A stretch of 63,715 nucleotides of DNA, filler included, from Diploschistes diacapsis (taxonomy: Eukaryota), in assembly GCA_023645945.1 (NCBI GenBank). It is 21 parts of 21 records of this genome, joined end to end, with 100 filler letters (N's around TTAATTAATTAA, not from the genome) between each part and the next. Parts side by side here need not be neighbours in the genome. Positions count along the whole stretch, not along the records: positions 40,299 to 41,483 come from JALAIB010003677.1; positions 41,584 to 42,768 come from JALAIB010003678.1; positions 42,869 to 44,053 come from JALAIB010003679.1; positions 44,154 to 63,715 come from JALAIB010000368.1; 17 more parts are not named here. One strand, written 5' to 3'. The translations under genes and the position numbers were made by a program. How positions within the stretch are numbered: the first letter of the stretch is position 1; each line of letters opens with the position of its first letter. Of the stretch, positions 40,299-53,210 are shown in pieces. A model generated the notes under the pieces. That model made no database searches. It was given only the letters and a program-made list of their open reading frames with translations, and was not told the origin of the DNA.

Positions 40299-40708
40299 AA
40301 AGACGTGTTAAGATGTCTGATATTTTTATTAATAAAATGGTTGTTGACGGGCTTACGAAGCTATTAAATTACTTAAAACACGACGCCTTTATTAAAAGAC
40401 TCGGTCTATTTTAAAAGATATTTAATTGGATTCTATAGATATATTAAACGATTCCGTTTGTGGGAGAATATTAAATAAATAAATAGAAAACATGGCTGAA
40501 AGTTCGATTAAGTTTTAGTCGGGGGTTTAGTTCTGCTGAATTCCGAGGTTTAGTTTAGTTGAACTTTTTGGGACTTTGATTAAACCGATCGGGAGTAATA
40601 TTGATAATAAGGTTTAGCGGATCCCGTAGGATATAAATGTTTGCGTAATAGGATATCTTCATAGGATAAGACTTCTAGACTTCAATATATCCATTACGTT
40701 GCCAAACA
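40299..40708 (+). mobile_element. Ty1/copia 3' end and family C LTR
   Basis: 'KMVVDGLTKLL' followed by a purine tract and an LTR ending TTGCCAAACA. Confidence 0.75.
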
Positions 40709-40996
40709 TTATTAACGTATATGCATAACGAGCGGACACTCATAGCGAACGGACATCCTTCTCGATTCGTACGAGTTGCAATTACATTTGCGTAATTAAT
40801 TCGTACGATAATTTATTATATTAATTATTAGTATCTTTTTTAGAAGTTATAGATTCTATTTCGTAAGTTCGCGTATTATGCCCGGATTGATTATATTTAT
40901 TATAACGTCGTACGCGTAATCCGATTTTCTTCGTACGATTTTTATTTTAGATATATTAGTCTTTTCTGTCCGAATTTCGATCTTTAAAGATTGTAA

Positions 40997-41483
40997 TAGG
41001 CTGGCCGTTTCGTGCCACGGACACTGGCACGGATACCGCAGCAAAAATTTTCTCGGCACGGACACTAACACGGATATTACACTGCAGTAAAAGCACGGAC
41101 ACGGGTACCGCAGCAAAACTTTTTAAAACACGGACACTAACACGGATATTACGCTTTAATAAAAGCACGGACACGTATATCGTTATAAAAAATTTTAAAA
41201 CATAGATACTGGCACGGATACTATAATTTATAATAATATTACCGATATACCGCAGTATAATTTTAAAAAAAAAATAAAAGCGTAAAAAATAAGCGTGATA
41301 ATTCTAAGATTATTAAAGTAAAAAAAATTATTTAAAAATGTTTCGATGAATACACGAACACGGATACCGTAATAAAAACATTTTCGGCACGGACACTAAC
41401 ACGGATATTATATTATATTAAAAGCACGGACACGGACACCGCAGTAAAAGTTTTTAAAACATAGACACTAACAATGACACTGC
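40997..41483 (+). mobile_element. hAT-like element end with (A/G)CACGG array
   Basis: TAGGCTGGCCGTTTCGTGCCACGG terminus followed by many (A/G)CACGGA(C/T)A units. Confidence 0.7.
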
Positions 41484-41583
41484 NNNNNNNNNNNNNNNNN
41501 NNNNNNNNNNNNNNNNNNNNNNNNNNNTTAATTAATTAANNNNNNNNNNNNNNNNNNNNNNNNNNNNNNNNNNNNNNNNNNNN

Positions 41584-42385
41584 ATAGTCTATTAAACCGA
41601 TATAAAATTTTAATTACGATAAAATTATTAAGAAGCTAAGTTCCGTAATTATCTTAAACTTATCCTTAAACGTAATTAATTTAAATCAGTTTACTTTCTA
41701 ATCTAATAATTTCACGGAAAGGAACGCCAGAAAAGACTTCTTTAAAGACAATATTAGATTAATGAAATCCAATCGAGCGAAAATTCTACATAAATAATCT
41801 ATATGTTCTTTAAACGTAGCTAAATAAACCACGATATTGTCCTAATAAACGCGATAAAAAGATCGCAGGTCTCTTAATAAATTATCTATTACACGTTACA
41901 CAAAAACAGACGTATTCTTATATCCCATAACCAGTACTTTGAATATCTCTTAACCCCGATGAAACACCACAGTTAATCTATATCGATATTCTTCTTTCGT
42001 CTAGAATTAATAAAAGAATTAAACAACATTTACCACCGATATGAAGGCCGATCCCTTGATGGCGTTTAGTATATCTATCTAATCTAATATCGGATAAATG
42101 TCTCGCTCGAATACCCGGTTCAAGATCCTGATATCAACAACGACACGACCCTTTTTAATATGGTCAGCCATTTTCCACACGACAAATACAAAAAAGCTGA
42201 ACGGCGTAAACTCTCTAATCCACTCCATTCGGCCTTTATCCTATAATTTATCGAAAGTCTCGTTAATTACGGCCTTATCTCGATTATTAATAAAATATAT
42301 CTTCGCCGTATTGACGCTATATTTCTCTCGTCAATCGTTAATTAATAGTATTTCTAGTTTTTTTAATATATTGATATTACCGATA
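41584..42385 (-). pseudogene. Ty3/gypsy reverse transcriptase remnant
   Basis: Minus strand has 'FVFVVWK...KGRVVVDIRILN' and 'YL(G/D)DNIVVY'-like (YxDD) segments. Similar pieces lie at 2582-2850 and 3580-3771. Confidence 0.65.
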
Positions 42386-43424
42386 TGTTATGATCTCTAT
42401 CTATACAAGGTATACACGAATATAGTCAAGGTAGGTTTGGTTTCTGTTAGAAGAGGAGTGTGGTAGGAAAAGAAGGTAGAGTAGTTATAGATCTTAGACT
42501 GTTTTTAAAAAGAAGGCTTTTTAAGAATAAAAATAACGAATATAAATTGATCCCGAGTAATAATTAAGGATATTTATAAAAATAAATACGTTCTTTTTTA
42601 CGAAAGTAAAATCGTGTTTATATATAATTAACTCGCTCGTCGTTTATTATAAATTTAGCGAGCGGTATTCTCGAGGTTCGTCGTTTACGAAAATAAACGC
42701 GATTATCGAGCGATAGCGAAACCTACTCGCCGCTTACGAACGTGAACGTGAATAATAAGTATATTACGNNNNNNNNNNNNNNNNNNNNNNNNNNNNNNNN
42801 NNNNNNNNNNNNTTAATTAATTAANNNNNNNNNNNNNNNNNNNNNNNNNNNNNNNNNNNNNNNNNNNNAGGTCCTGAGCCGAGCAGGTAGCCCTAAAGAA
42901 CCTTTTCGAATATAGAACGCCCCTACAGGAATACTACACAACCAGGGGCTGAGCCTAATCTGGAAGGATCACGTGTAGCTGCAATCTGTAGGCTGAATGG
43001 TTCAGATTCGAAAAGGTAAGGAAGGAACTATCTAGGTGGGAGTAAGGCACAAATAAATAGTCTGGGTGCCAGCCCTACTGCCCTACGGGGTTCAAACCTT
43101 GAACCCACAAACGATCATGATGTTCCACTTATTTAGGCTTACCCTAGGCCAGCGTAATAAGGTCCCGCGTTCTTTTAAAATAATATAATTTCTATCTTTG
43201 AATCCGCCTACCCTAAGGTTTTATAATTCAGATCCTAGGCTTTCGGATTTCTTCGATTTAAATCTTCTAAATAAGGCCAGCGTATTCGATCCCGCGTTCG
43301 TAACCGTTCCAACTATCGAGAAAACTTATCTTTAATAATCAAAAACGAAGTAATTCGAGTAAACTAACCCGTGCTTATAACCTATTTAGTAACGTAATAG
43401 ATATATTAAAATCTACAAATTTTA

Positions 43425-43973
43425 TTTTATAAAAATATCCTATTACGTAGACTTTTATATCTTACGGGATCCGTTAAGCCTTATTATTAATATTATTCCC
43501 GATCGGTCTAGTTATAGTCCGAGGAGATTTAGCTGAACTGAACCCCCGACTGGAACTCAGTCGAACTCCTAGCCATGCCTTCTGCCTGTCTGTTCAACAA
43601 AAATGGTTATTAACGGATTTACGAAGTTATTAAATTACTCGAAGCACGACGTCTTTATTAAAAGACTCGGTTTAATTTAAAAGATATTTAGTTGAATTAT
43701 ATAGACATGCCGGACGATTCCGCCTATAAAGGAATATTGAACAAATAGATAGAAGGCATAGTTGAAAGTTCGACTGAATTCTAGAAAAAGGTTTAATTTT
43801 GTTGAAGTCCGAGGTTCAGTTCAGCTGAATTTTCTGGAATTCCAATTAAACCGATTAAGGAATAGTGTAGGTAGTAGAGCTTAGCGTATCTCACGAGGAT
43901 AAAAGTCTATAAAGTAGGATAACCTCCTGGTGAAGACCTCTAGACTTCAATACATCCATTACGTTGCCAAACA
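43425..43973. mobile_element. Two inverted family C copia LTRs around an RNase H tail
   Basis: An LTR ending TGTTCAACA (~43599), then a plus-strand copia tail, PPT and an LTR ending GCCAAACA (43973). Confidence 0.65.
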
Positions 43974-44271
43974 AAAAATATATTATTCCGAATTATTTCG
44001 ATTTAATCGCGAATAACGAAATATCTATTATCGACGTGAATAAAATCAATATTNNNNNNNNNNNNNNNNNNNNNNNNNNNNNNNNNNNNNNNNNNNNTTA
44101 ATTAATTAANNNNNNNNNNNNNNNNNNNNNNNNNNNNNNNNNNNNNNNNNNNNTCTCTCTCTCTCTCTCTCTCTCTCTCCAGCACCACACAGGACAAACA
44201 ACAAGGTAGCACCCACCACCACCTCACGCCACGGCGGAAAACGCACGCACCTGAGAAAGACGGTCTCTCAC

Positions 44272-45149
44272 CTTGGAAATCCTCCCTCTCCCCCTCCCCG
44301 ACCCACCGCCCCAGCTTCTCCCGCGCAAACGCCTCGAAGTCCCACTCCCCGCTCTCCAGCCGCTGCGCGCCGGCCGTCCACACGTACGTCTCTGCATCCA
44401 CCCCGCCGTCGTTGTCGTCGTCGTCGTTCTTCTTCTTCTTCTTCTCACCCTCCGCCTCCGCACCGCCAGTGGAGGAGGAGGAGGAGGCTGAGGCTGGCAG
44501 CGGAAAGGCCGTGACGCGGCGCCTCTCGTACTCGTCGCCCTCGAAGACGTCGAGCCGGAACAGGTCGTGCGCCGCGAGGCCCGAGACCAGCGTGCCGCGG
44601 ACCGAGCCCGACGCGCCCTCCGAAACCCCCTCCCCCCTCCTCCCTCTCGCGCCGCAGTCCGCCGGCGCCGCCGGACCTTCTGCCCCGTCGTTGCGCTGGG
44701 TGGCCGTAGTCGTAGTTGTAGCGGTAGCGGCAGTGGTGGTGGTAGCTGTGGTCGCTGCTGCGGCAACGAGCGCCGGGTAGTCGGCGTGCCGCACCTTGTG
44801 CCGCGCGTAGCCGTGCAGCACGGCGGGCCGGATGGTCAGGCGCGCCTGCTGCCAGGGGTCCGGGGCCGTGGTGCCGTAGAGCACGCGGTGCAGGACTTGG
44901 CGCGACATCTTGGGGTGCAAGTCAGGCGGAAGCCGGTGGGAGGAGAACCAGGGGCGGGAGAGCGGAAGGCAAGTGCCGGAAGCGGTGCGAGAGTGAGGAT
45001 GGGGTGGGGGGTTTTATGGTGGGAACTTACGAGGGTGCCTGCCTCGCCCCGTCAGCTGCGCGGCCCCAATTGCTAGACGGGAGCTGACGGTGGTGCGGGG
45101 GAATACCGTAGAAGAAGGCGGCGCGGTCGCCGGCTGTGGGGGAGGCCAT
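44272..45149 (-). CDS. Gamma-glutamylcyclotransferase/AIG2-like protein, 3' end off contig; exons 45149-45107, 45038-45031, 44908-44272
   Basis: Splicing gives FFYGTLM, PAVLHGYARHKVRHADYPAL, RLDVFEGDEYER and AETYVW...WDFEAF. The donor at 44271 runs into a (CT)n contig end. Confidence 0.85.
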
Positions 45150-45937
45150 GGGATCGGGGCCGATAGGGAGGCCGTTTTTTTTTACGCAATGGTCTTTGAT
45201 GGCGTGTTGGATGGTCGAGCGTGAGATGAGAGGAGGGCTTTGGTTTGCTTCTTCTCGGCCCGGCTGCGAGCCTTGGGGGGCTACTATATAAGATAACTCC
45301 CGGATTAAGGGTACGCGGAATCGTATTCGAAGTGGGAAAAAGCAAGATAAAGGAGAGGCTTTAAAGACCTCGAGTAGGTTGGTTGGTGGGGGGTTGCACC
45401 CCAAATAGCCCAGTTTTCTGCATCCCACACCCCTTGCGTCTATATTGCGTACATTCGTAATTAGTCTTGCTCTTATCTACGGGTTTTATCAGAGCCCATA
45501 AACACTCTAAACACGCTATTTAGTCCCTCTCTTCGCTCAGGAGAAACTCAGAGGAAACAAAACATAGTCATATAAGCTCCAGCGTCGTTGAATTTTTTTA
45601 GTCTGTGGAAAAATATCCAGTAGATGCACCAAAGCATCGGACATCAAAAGATGGTGTGTGGGCAATGTGTCTACATCGTTGTCGTCATCTTCATCGTCGT
45701 CGTCGTCGTCGTCGTCGTCGAGATATAGTGGGTTGGATAGCGATAGGAAGCCATGTGTAATGCCTAGGCCTGAAGCATACAACGTGCACATCAACCCTGC
45801 TAAGTGCACAGAAAAGTCCGGTGTAGATTCTTTCTAGTAAAATCGATTGACGCATCGCTCGCCTAAAGGAAGCAAGGCTCACGGAAATTCATATAGGTGG
45901 CGAATCCTAATCGTTCTCGCAATACTCGCTGCCATCC

Positions 45938-48010
45938 TTACGTTCGTTCAGAAGTCAGGTACAGCGGACCAGGGCTTGTTGTGAAGAAACCACAAGCCTC
46001 GCTAAACATAAGTTCGCCCGGTGCAAAATCAATATCGAATCTTCTCAGTATGAGCGCCGCGGCAATGCGGATCTCCATAATACTTAGATTCTTACCGACA
46101 CAGGATGCTTTGCCTGTTAAAACCGGTCAATGAATCTAGATTGGACCATTTTTGCGACCATATGTGTGCATATATGGTACATAAGGGAGGTTTTTGGAGT
46201 GCTTACCCTCGCTCCAAGGTACGAAAGCGGATTTGTCTAGTGTTAACTCTGGGCTAGTGGAGAAACGCTCTGGGATCCATTCTAGAGCTTTGACGAAATT
46301 GCGCTCGTCTGTTATCCATTTAGCTAGACTGTTTCTCCTCGTGCATAAGGCATGCATGAAGGAAGAGCTCACCTCGCATCAGACTCTATTGAGGCACCAA
46401 AACGGTAGTGCCTTGTGGAATGTACGTGCCGTTGATGGTAGCTCCTCCCTTGGGTACCAGTCGTAGTCCAGCAGAAGGGACATGTGGATTCAATCGCAGT
46501 GTCTCGTAGATGCAAGCCGTCAAATGCTCGAGTTTCTGGAGCATCTTGTAATCATATAAATTAACGGATGCTAGTTCCTTGCGGATGCGAGCGAGATGCT
46601 CGGGTTTGTGAATAAGGTAATACATTATGTTGGAAAGAACTTGACGCACGGGATCACTGCTCAGAAGTCAGTATGCTCTATACATGCTTCGGCATCTGAA
46701 TTCAGAGTCAAGTGCTTACCTGCCAGCGATGATAACCAGCACGAAGTCTCCTAGTATATAGTTCCAGTTCTTCTCAATCCCGCCGTGCTCCAGGGCATCG
46801 GCAATAACACATCCGACAACATCGGTACGGTCTTTTTCGATTTCCTACAATCATCTAAGTTAATAGTGTATGTGAACCAGTCTCATTCCAGTCTTACCGT
46901 GATATTTCGGTGCAATTCATTGCTAGCCCAATCCATAAACATGCGGTAGTATTTCATTTTCTCGATATATGGAATGCCCATGAGTAGGTGCTTAACCCAG
47001 GGCGCGGCTCCCAGCGGACCGAGTCTTTTGTGCGCGAGATAGTAAATTTCGAGAATCGTATGTCGTCGGCCTCTTGAAAAGTTGTTTAAACGAAGTGTTA
47101 GACCAAATCGACCCATAAGGTCGAAAGTAAAGTACTCGAGCCAAGCCGTTATATCAAGGGATTCGTTTCCTATGCCTCAGTAATTGCTCTACAAGTCCGT
47201 TCGCCTCTTCATAGATGACCGACTCAGCCCTCTCGAGCGCTATATAATAAAAAGTTAGGAGCCGTTCACAGTCGGTTTTGATGGAACGGAAGCTGGAAGC
47301 TTTACCCTTTATGTTAAACGCACGATCCCATACTCTTCGGCGGTGGGCATGGACCTTTGGGTCGCGTACCGAATCAAGCGAGATCATTGGATGTAGCACG
47401 TCATAATAAGCCGCTTTTGTATAGACCGAGTCTATTCCATGTAACGCATGATAGGCTTCTGGTCCATAGAGTGTCACTTCACTCGGACCTAAGATACTCT
47501 AGTCAGCTTGATGTGCCCCATGAGGAGCGATATATGCGCTTTTTGATCTATATTTTGAATGGTCCCATAGCATCCGATATCGCAGTTCACGCGTCAAAAA
47601 AGAACCTTATGCTTACCGGTGCGAACCACATCGCCATACTTTTCATGCAATTCGTCAAGGAAGACACAATTCTGCACACGTGCCATACGCCAAGCGTGTG
47701 TCAACTTCGTTAAACGCATAGAAAGTGGCCCTGGGATATGCTTCAAGGGGGATAGAAAGAATCTGTATACGAGAACACTCGAGAATAAAGCCGCTGTAAA
47801 GGTAATGCCGATGGCAGCACTTTCTCTGACGGCCTGCCTGCCTGTCTCAATTTCAAATGTAGACTTTATTAAGGGGATAACAATGCAGGCAATAAGATAT
47901 AAACGACCCAATTTAGCAGCTGCCAGATCCCGTTCTCCATGGACAAAATAAGTCCAGTGGCAAATGAAGCCAGCTAGAGCTGCAAGTGATAGTTGAATAT
48001 GGAAATCCAT
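45938..48010 (-). pseudogene. Cytochrome P450 (7 exons) with a frameshift and a nonsense codon
   Basis: N-terminal TM helices, PLKHIPGP, YGDVVRTGPSEV, I-helix AGSDP, ETLR, PERF and heme motif WSEGKASCVG. Extra base at ~47167 and in-frame TAG at 46386-46388. Confidence 0.85.
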
Positions 48011-48446
48011 TGCTGGAAAGGCTCTGTCTAAGAATTGCTTGCAAACCGAGTTTAAAGAACGAAAGAGAGAAGTTTTGTATTAGAGCGATGGACTACCTGC
48101 AAGATGAAATAGTCAGCTGACATGTAGGAGCTTTTTGCAAGCGGGCACAGAGAACTCAGCACCAATTGGATTATACCTTGGGCTATTTCTTGCTTTTTCT
48201 GGAATGATCAGCCTGTCTGCGCCAGGTCTGTGGTCTTAAAACGAGATCCTGCTTGTGGTTGTATGCGTTGATAGAAAGCCTCGCTATTTGCAAGCCGCTT
48301 TAAGGCCTGAAGGGGAAGGATATAGAAGTCGACTGGTGCCAACCGCTTATGCGGCCCTACGCTTTGAAACAACCCACTCCAGACATAAGTTTGGACGTTG
48401 AACCCACCTGATAGCAGCGCTCTAGAGAATAAAAAATCTTTGCACA

Positions 48447-49450
48447 ATGGTGCTGACCGTGGACTATGTCTTTACTCGCGAATATCTCGACAATAACCGG
48501 TACGAATGCTACGCCCATCCATCTAGTGAGTTAACTGACCAAGTGCCGTTCACGTACAGAATTAATTTGCAACATTGTCTTTGGACCGAGCTCTTTGGAT
48601 ATCTTATGCACCCAAAGATTCCAACCACAGGTCAGGACATGAGAATCGCAGATGTCGGTACTGGCACAGGGTAAGCAAGTAGCATCCTACCTAGAGCCAT
48701 ATCTCTCTCATTATCAAGCAGTATATGGCTTACGGCGCTGGGAGCTCAACTTCCTGCATCGGTCCACTTGGATGGTCTAGACATCTCATTCGAGGCAATG
48801 CCACCATCTCCTTGGCTTCCCAGCAACGTGACTCCCCGATACTTCGATATTATAGCTGAGGTTCCAAAGGAGTTCGTTCACTGTTACGACATTGTTCATG
48901 TTCGAAACTTCGCCTTCGTCTTGCAGGACAATGACATACATTCTGTCCTTGAGAATCTCATCAAGCTATTAAGTAGGGTTGCTCGATCAAACAGCCAGGA
49001 TATGACCGTCAGATGTGCTAACGATGGTTATCAATTCAGAGCCAGGGGGCTACCTGCAGTGGGCCGAGCCTGACGTTACGTCGTTTCGGGTTGAGAAAAC
49101 CGAGCCAGAGAACGATGCTAATGGCTTGAGCGACTTGATGAAAATCTCTCAGAGGCAAGATGCGAGGCTGAGACCAACCTGGGTGCCTAAACTACCAGCA
49201 TTGTTCGCCGATTGCAAGCTGGAAGGCGTTGAACATGATGTCCGAGACGCGCCACCGTATCTTGCTTTGGCCATGCATGAGTGTAACCTTCCAATTCACG
49301 GATTGATCGCGCAAAAGACCGGAAACGAAGTGGTAGCTGAAGAGCTTGGCCGCACTCATGCCAAGAATTGCAAGAGAAACAAGAATGGGCTCGTGCTGGG
49401 CTTTTACCAGATGGGTGGTGATTGGCAAAAAACCCGCCAGGGTCGCCTAA
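48447..49450 (+). pseudogene. Class I SAM-dependent methyltransferase (4 exons) with a late frameshift
   Basis: IADVGTGTGIW, LDGLDIS, YDIVHVR, EPGGYLQW. Removing one T at ~49346 restores a typical end ...WAFTRWVVIGKKPARVA*. Confidence 0.8.
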
Positions 49451-50329
49451 TGCTAAACTAAGCGCGCCGCTGCCTGTATCATCCATGTTCATGAAAATTA
49501 GGCCATGAGAGGCACGCTACTGCGAATATAGAATGAACATGCACAGTCCAAGCTGTAAAGAGCCGATTGTGAGACACATCGATGATGCCATTGATGACCC
49601 GAGGTGCTAATGCAAAGTGAGAGGCACAGAGACAATCATCCACGTCTTTTTTGAAAAATCGCTTGCAGGCTTTTGAGGCAAAACATCCGGATCGATATTT
49701 GCTTATACCCCTTCAACCAATCATACAATTTCTGCGCGCTTAGTTCGTGGCTGGTTTAGGAATTGGGTTGCATATCCCAACTATTAGATCGTCCCATCTC
49801 GTTCGGCGCGTTAGTCATTGTCTCTATCCCACGAAAACTAAGTTGGGGGGGCCTACTAACAGTTGGGACACAGCTGGAGACTGTAGACTGTAGTCACCCC
49901 TCCTGCCCTGGAAACAAACTGTAGCTCTCTGGGCCGAGCTTCAAGTTCACAAGTAGTGCAACGGGGAGAGGAAGCACATGCATTGCGGTGTGTTCATGGA
50001 TCCATCCCCCTACTTTCTGTCCTTGCTCAGCTGATCTGGCAATACTCTAGAAAAGGGCAAATGATTTTCGTGTAAGCGCCGGGGAGGGTAGGAAGGCATA
50101 TCAGATTCGCAAACATGGGGATGCCGCAGGCTAACAGCTTGCATAGCTTGACTGCTGCTACGTTGACTGGACTACGGGCCCTAGGTACGGTTCCTAAAAT
50201 TCCACGAAATGTTTTACGCTTTTGATTGGCTCCAATGAATTTTCAACGGTGGAAGCGAAGCCATGAATTAATGACTGGATCTCTATAATCTTAGGGAACG
50301 AGCTGTTCCTGCCATTGCCTTGATTTTTC

Positions 50330-51106
50330 CTAGATAGTTGCAATGCCGTTGATCACCTCGATCACCTCCTGAGTCGCGGTCAGGTTGGGACAGTGACCCG
50401 TGTTCAGCTCCACTGTCTGCACCTTTTGCCCGTCTGCCCGCATCTGTGCTACCATTGACTTCTGATAATCTAGCGGCACGGTCATATCCTGGCTGGCGTG
50501 GATGTATGTAACGGGAATCTCACGCCAGGCGCTGTGGGTAATGTCTTGGTACATGCATTTTCCATTCCAGCGCACAAGTGTGGATAGATAATCCTTGGAC
50601 TCGGCCTCGTCATAATCTGCTCCGATCAGTATCATCTTCGGATCCCGGGCAAGACAGCTATCATCTTCGGCAAAGTCGAAGGCTATGGCCACGAGACTCT
50701 CATGATCGAATTCTCGGACCTTGCCTATCATGGAGCCGCCCTCGGGCATGGCAAAAGCGCACATGTAGATATGGTGAGTAACGCCTCCAGTCCGCTGTCC
50801 GAGACGTTAGATACGTTCGTCTAGACCCAGGCCTTTGAGGGTATTGGTGCCGACTTGGCCACCGTAGGAATGCACGACGGCAACGACATGGTGGCCGCCA
50901 TCGACGAGACTCTCCACATAGCTTCGGATGAGCTCCGTATCCGTAGCCAGATCATTATTCGGGGGACGAGCCTCGTTCATCGACGGCAAGCGAGGGAGAT
51001 GAACCTCGTAGCTGGCAGCCTTGAGAGGTTTCGTTAATTTGACGTAGGTCTTCGGCGTGTGCCAGCCGCCATGGATAATGACAATTGTGGGCTTGGTGGC
51101 AGCCAT
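50330..51106 (-). pseudogene. Alpha/beta hydrolase (Abhydrolase_6-like) with an in-frame TAA
   Basis: IVIIHGGWH, nucleophile elbow VHSYGG, QDMTVP, TGHCP. TAA at 50807-50809 splits two in-frame ORFs. Confidence 0.85.
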
Positions 51107-51739
51107 TCGTCTGTTGAGCTTAAGATACTTGGATAGAATATTTAAGAAGCTCATACCTCAGAAAAGAGAGAGACTTGAGATGGAAAGCTTGACATGAAGA
51201 TAAGACAGATATATATAGTTGCTAGCGCCAATGCAGCAAAAGCCTTGATTTGATATGCTAGAAAAGCAAAGTGGTAGTTACCGTAGAATTATGGCAAAGC
51301 AGTCCACGCACATTACCCCCATAGAAGAATCAAATAAGTGGTGCTTTAGCCTTGTCATGATAACTGAATTCTAGGCAATTATCGCTAATCATTCATAACG
51401 AAAGCACAAGCCGTCATAATACAGAATTGCATCTACGGTAGTGCCAAATCTGAAGAACATAGCTACTGACATCTGCACATGCAATTTTGTGGTATAGATC
51501 CAGCTTTACTAGCCTCGCGACTGGCTAATTTATTTATCAATGTTTGTATTGCTATTCCGAAGGTTGCTTTGCTTTGCCAGACCCGAGGCCATGATGTTCA
51601 GTAGACTTTACAGTCCATTCTCAACAGCTGATCCGGTCTTCGCCTGATAACTCACTCCGAACTCCGTTCGGACACAGACTGGGCCTAACGACGCCATATC
51701 ATGATTTTCACTGCCATCGAGTGTTGATTCAACGCTAGT

Positions 51740-52897
51740 TTATATACCTTGCGCATTTCGAATCCTACAAGGCTTGTATTTCCGTCCTGAGCGAAGCAGA
51801 TTGCGCTTTGAACCTTGTATTCCGAGCGTGCTTCTGTTGCTTTTGGGGCCATCGCCCCAGTATTTGAATAGACTTGGAAGCACCGGCAAACAGCAGCAGA
51901 TGACTGACATGTTCATCTCGACGAGAGTCCTAATCCCAGCAATCGTAAATGTATCTGCAGATTCAGCTTGTTTAACAAGCGACCAAAACTGTTTGAATAT
52001 AGCTAGCTCAAAACTTCAGGAGCCAATATTCGAGAAAATTGACAGTGCTTACAAGTAACGTCTGTCACATCCACGGAGAGGAGCTCGAAGATTCGCACTA
52101 TGCTAGTAATGCAAACGCTGTACGGTTAGCAGCAACTCTGTCGCAGATACAGAGGGACTTACAAGCCACCAAGCATGAAAAGCAAAGAAACCAAGAGCTT
52201 TCATTGTGTGGACAGATGGAGTTTCCATACTCGAGCTTGAGGTAAGCAAAGAATGATCAGGTCAAGCAGGATATTTGCAATTCCCATGCTAAGCCAAAAA
52301 GCTTTGTCATTGATGCTTGTGGAAGGAAGCCAGACCTCCCACTGAGCCTGCACCGGGCTATACCGGAAGATAAGACCAAACTCTGCAGCAAGAAAATATC
52401 CCAATAGAAGGCCGCCAACTACACGTGTCCAAAGACGAAGCGATCGGTCAATCGTAAAGATACGACAGTAGAAAAGCACGACCGACGCTTTCGATAGTAT
52501 AATGCTTGCGTTGTATATTACATTATTTGCGAGAGCGATCTGCAAGACCCCCTCAATTAGCCGAAACTTTGAAGGGCCTGGATATATGGCCGGTAAAACG
52601 ACTCGCCTGAAGATAAGTCTTAAGCTGTAGCAGACTGTATGTTGTGATATGGTAGCCAGCTCCTCCGAGAGTAGCTACCAAGGCTGTTGTTATCGGACAG
52701 CCATAGGCAAATAGAAGAGCGCCGAGCGCAGCAAAGTCATCCGAATATAGAAATAGAGTCAATCTCAGTGATATGAAACGTAGAGCAACACAAATAGTCG
52801 ACAGGAAGGTCATCATCCCGGCCAATCCGAGAAAGACAACATAACCGTCGCTAATGCGATTAGGATGTAAAGGTGATGCTTGTGCTGCAGTAGCCAT
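51740..52897 (-). pseudogene. PTH11-like fungal rhodopsin-domain membrane protein (no CFEM), nonsense-disrupted
   Basis: VALRF...DD, SKASVVLFYCRIF, NILLDLIILCLP...WKLHLS, FVCITSIVR and EMNMSVICCCLP. In-frame TGA at 52201-52203. The first intron is GC-AG. The 3' end is approximate. Confidence 0.8.
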
Positions 52898-53210
52898 GAC
52901 CAAGTGTTTGAGATAGCGGCTTTGCGTGAAAGTCAAAACTTGTGATGAGGAACTTGCGTGCCAGAATGAAATTGAAATTGGTATAGCAGCCAAATTTCGA
53001 GCGACATACGTAAGAGGTATCCTTTCAGTAGGTAAGAAAAACGAGATATGACCATAGATACTCTTATAACGAGTGGCCGCGGTATAAGACCCAAGTCTAC
53101 TAGCCGTCGTTTCCTTTCCTCTTATCCACGGGCATGGCCTGACGGACTGATAGTCATGGGTCAGCCCCAGTAATTAGTCCGCCTCATTTAAACGCCGTGA
53201 AGCTGCCGAG

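Noticed and set aside
31293..44053. A transposon island or Starship-like element carrying the PKS cluster
   Set aside because: The contigs are unlinked, and no tyrosine recombinase captain gene or boundary repeats are seen on the cluster contig.
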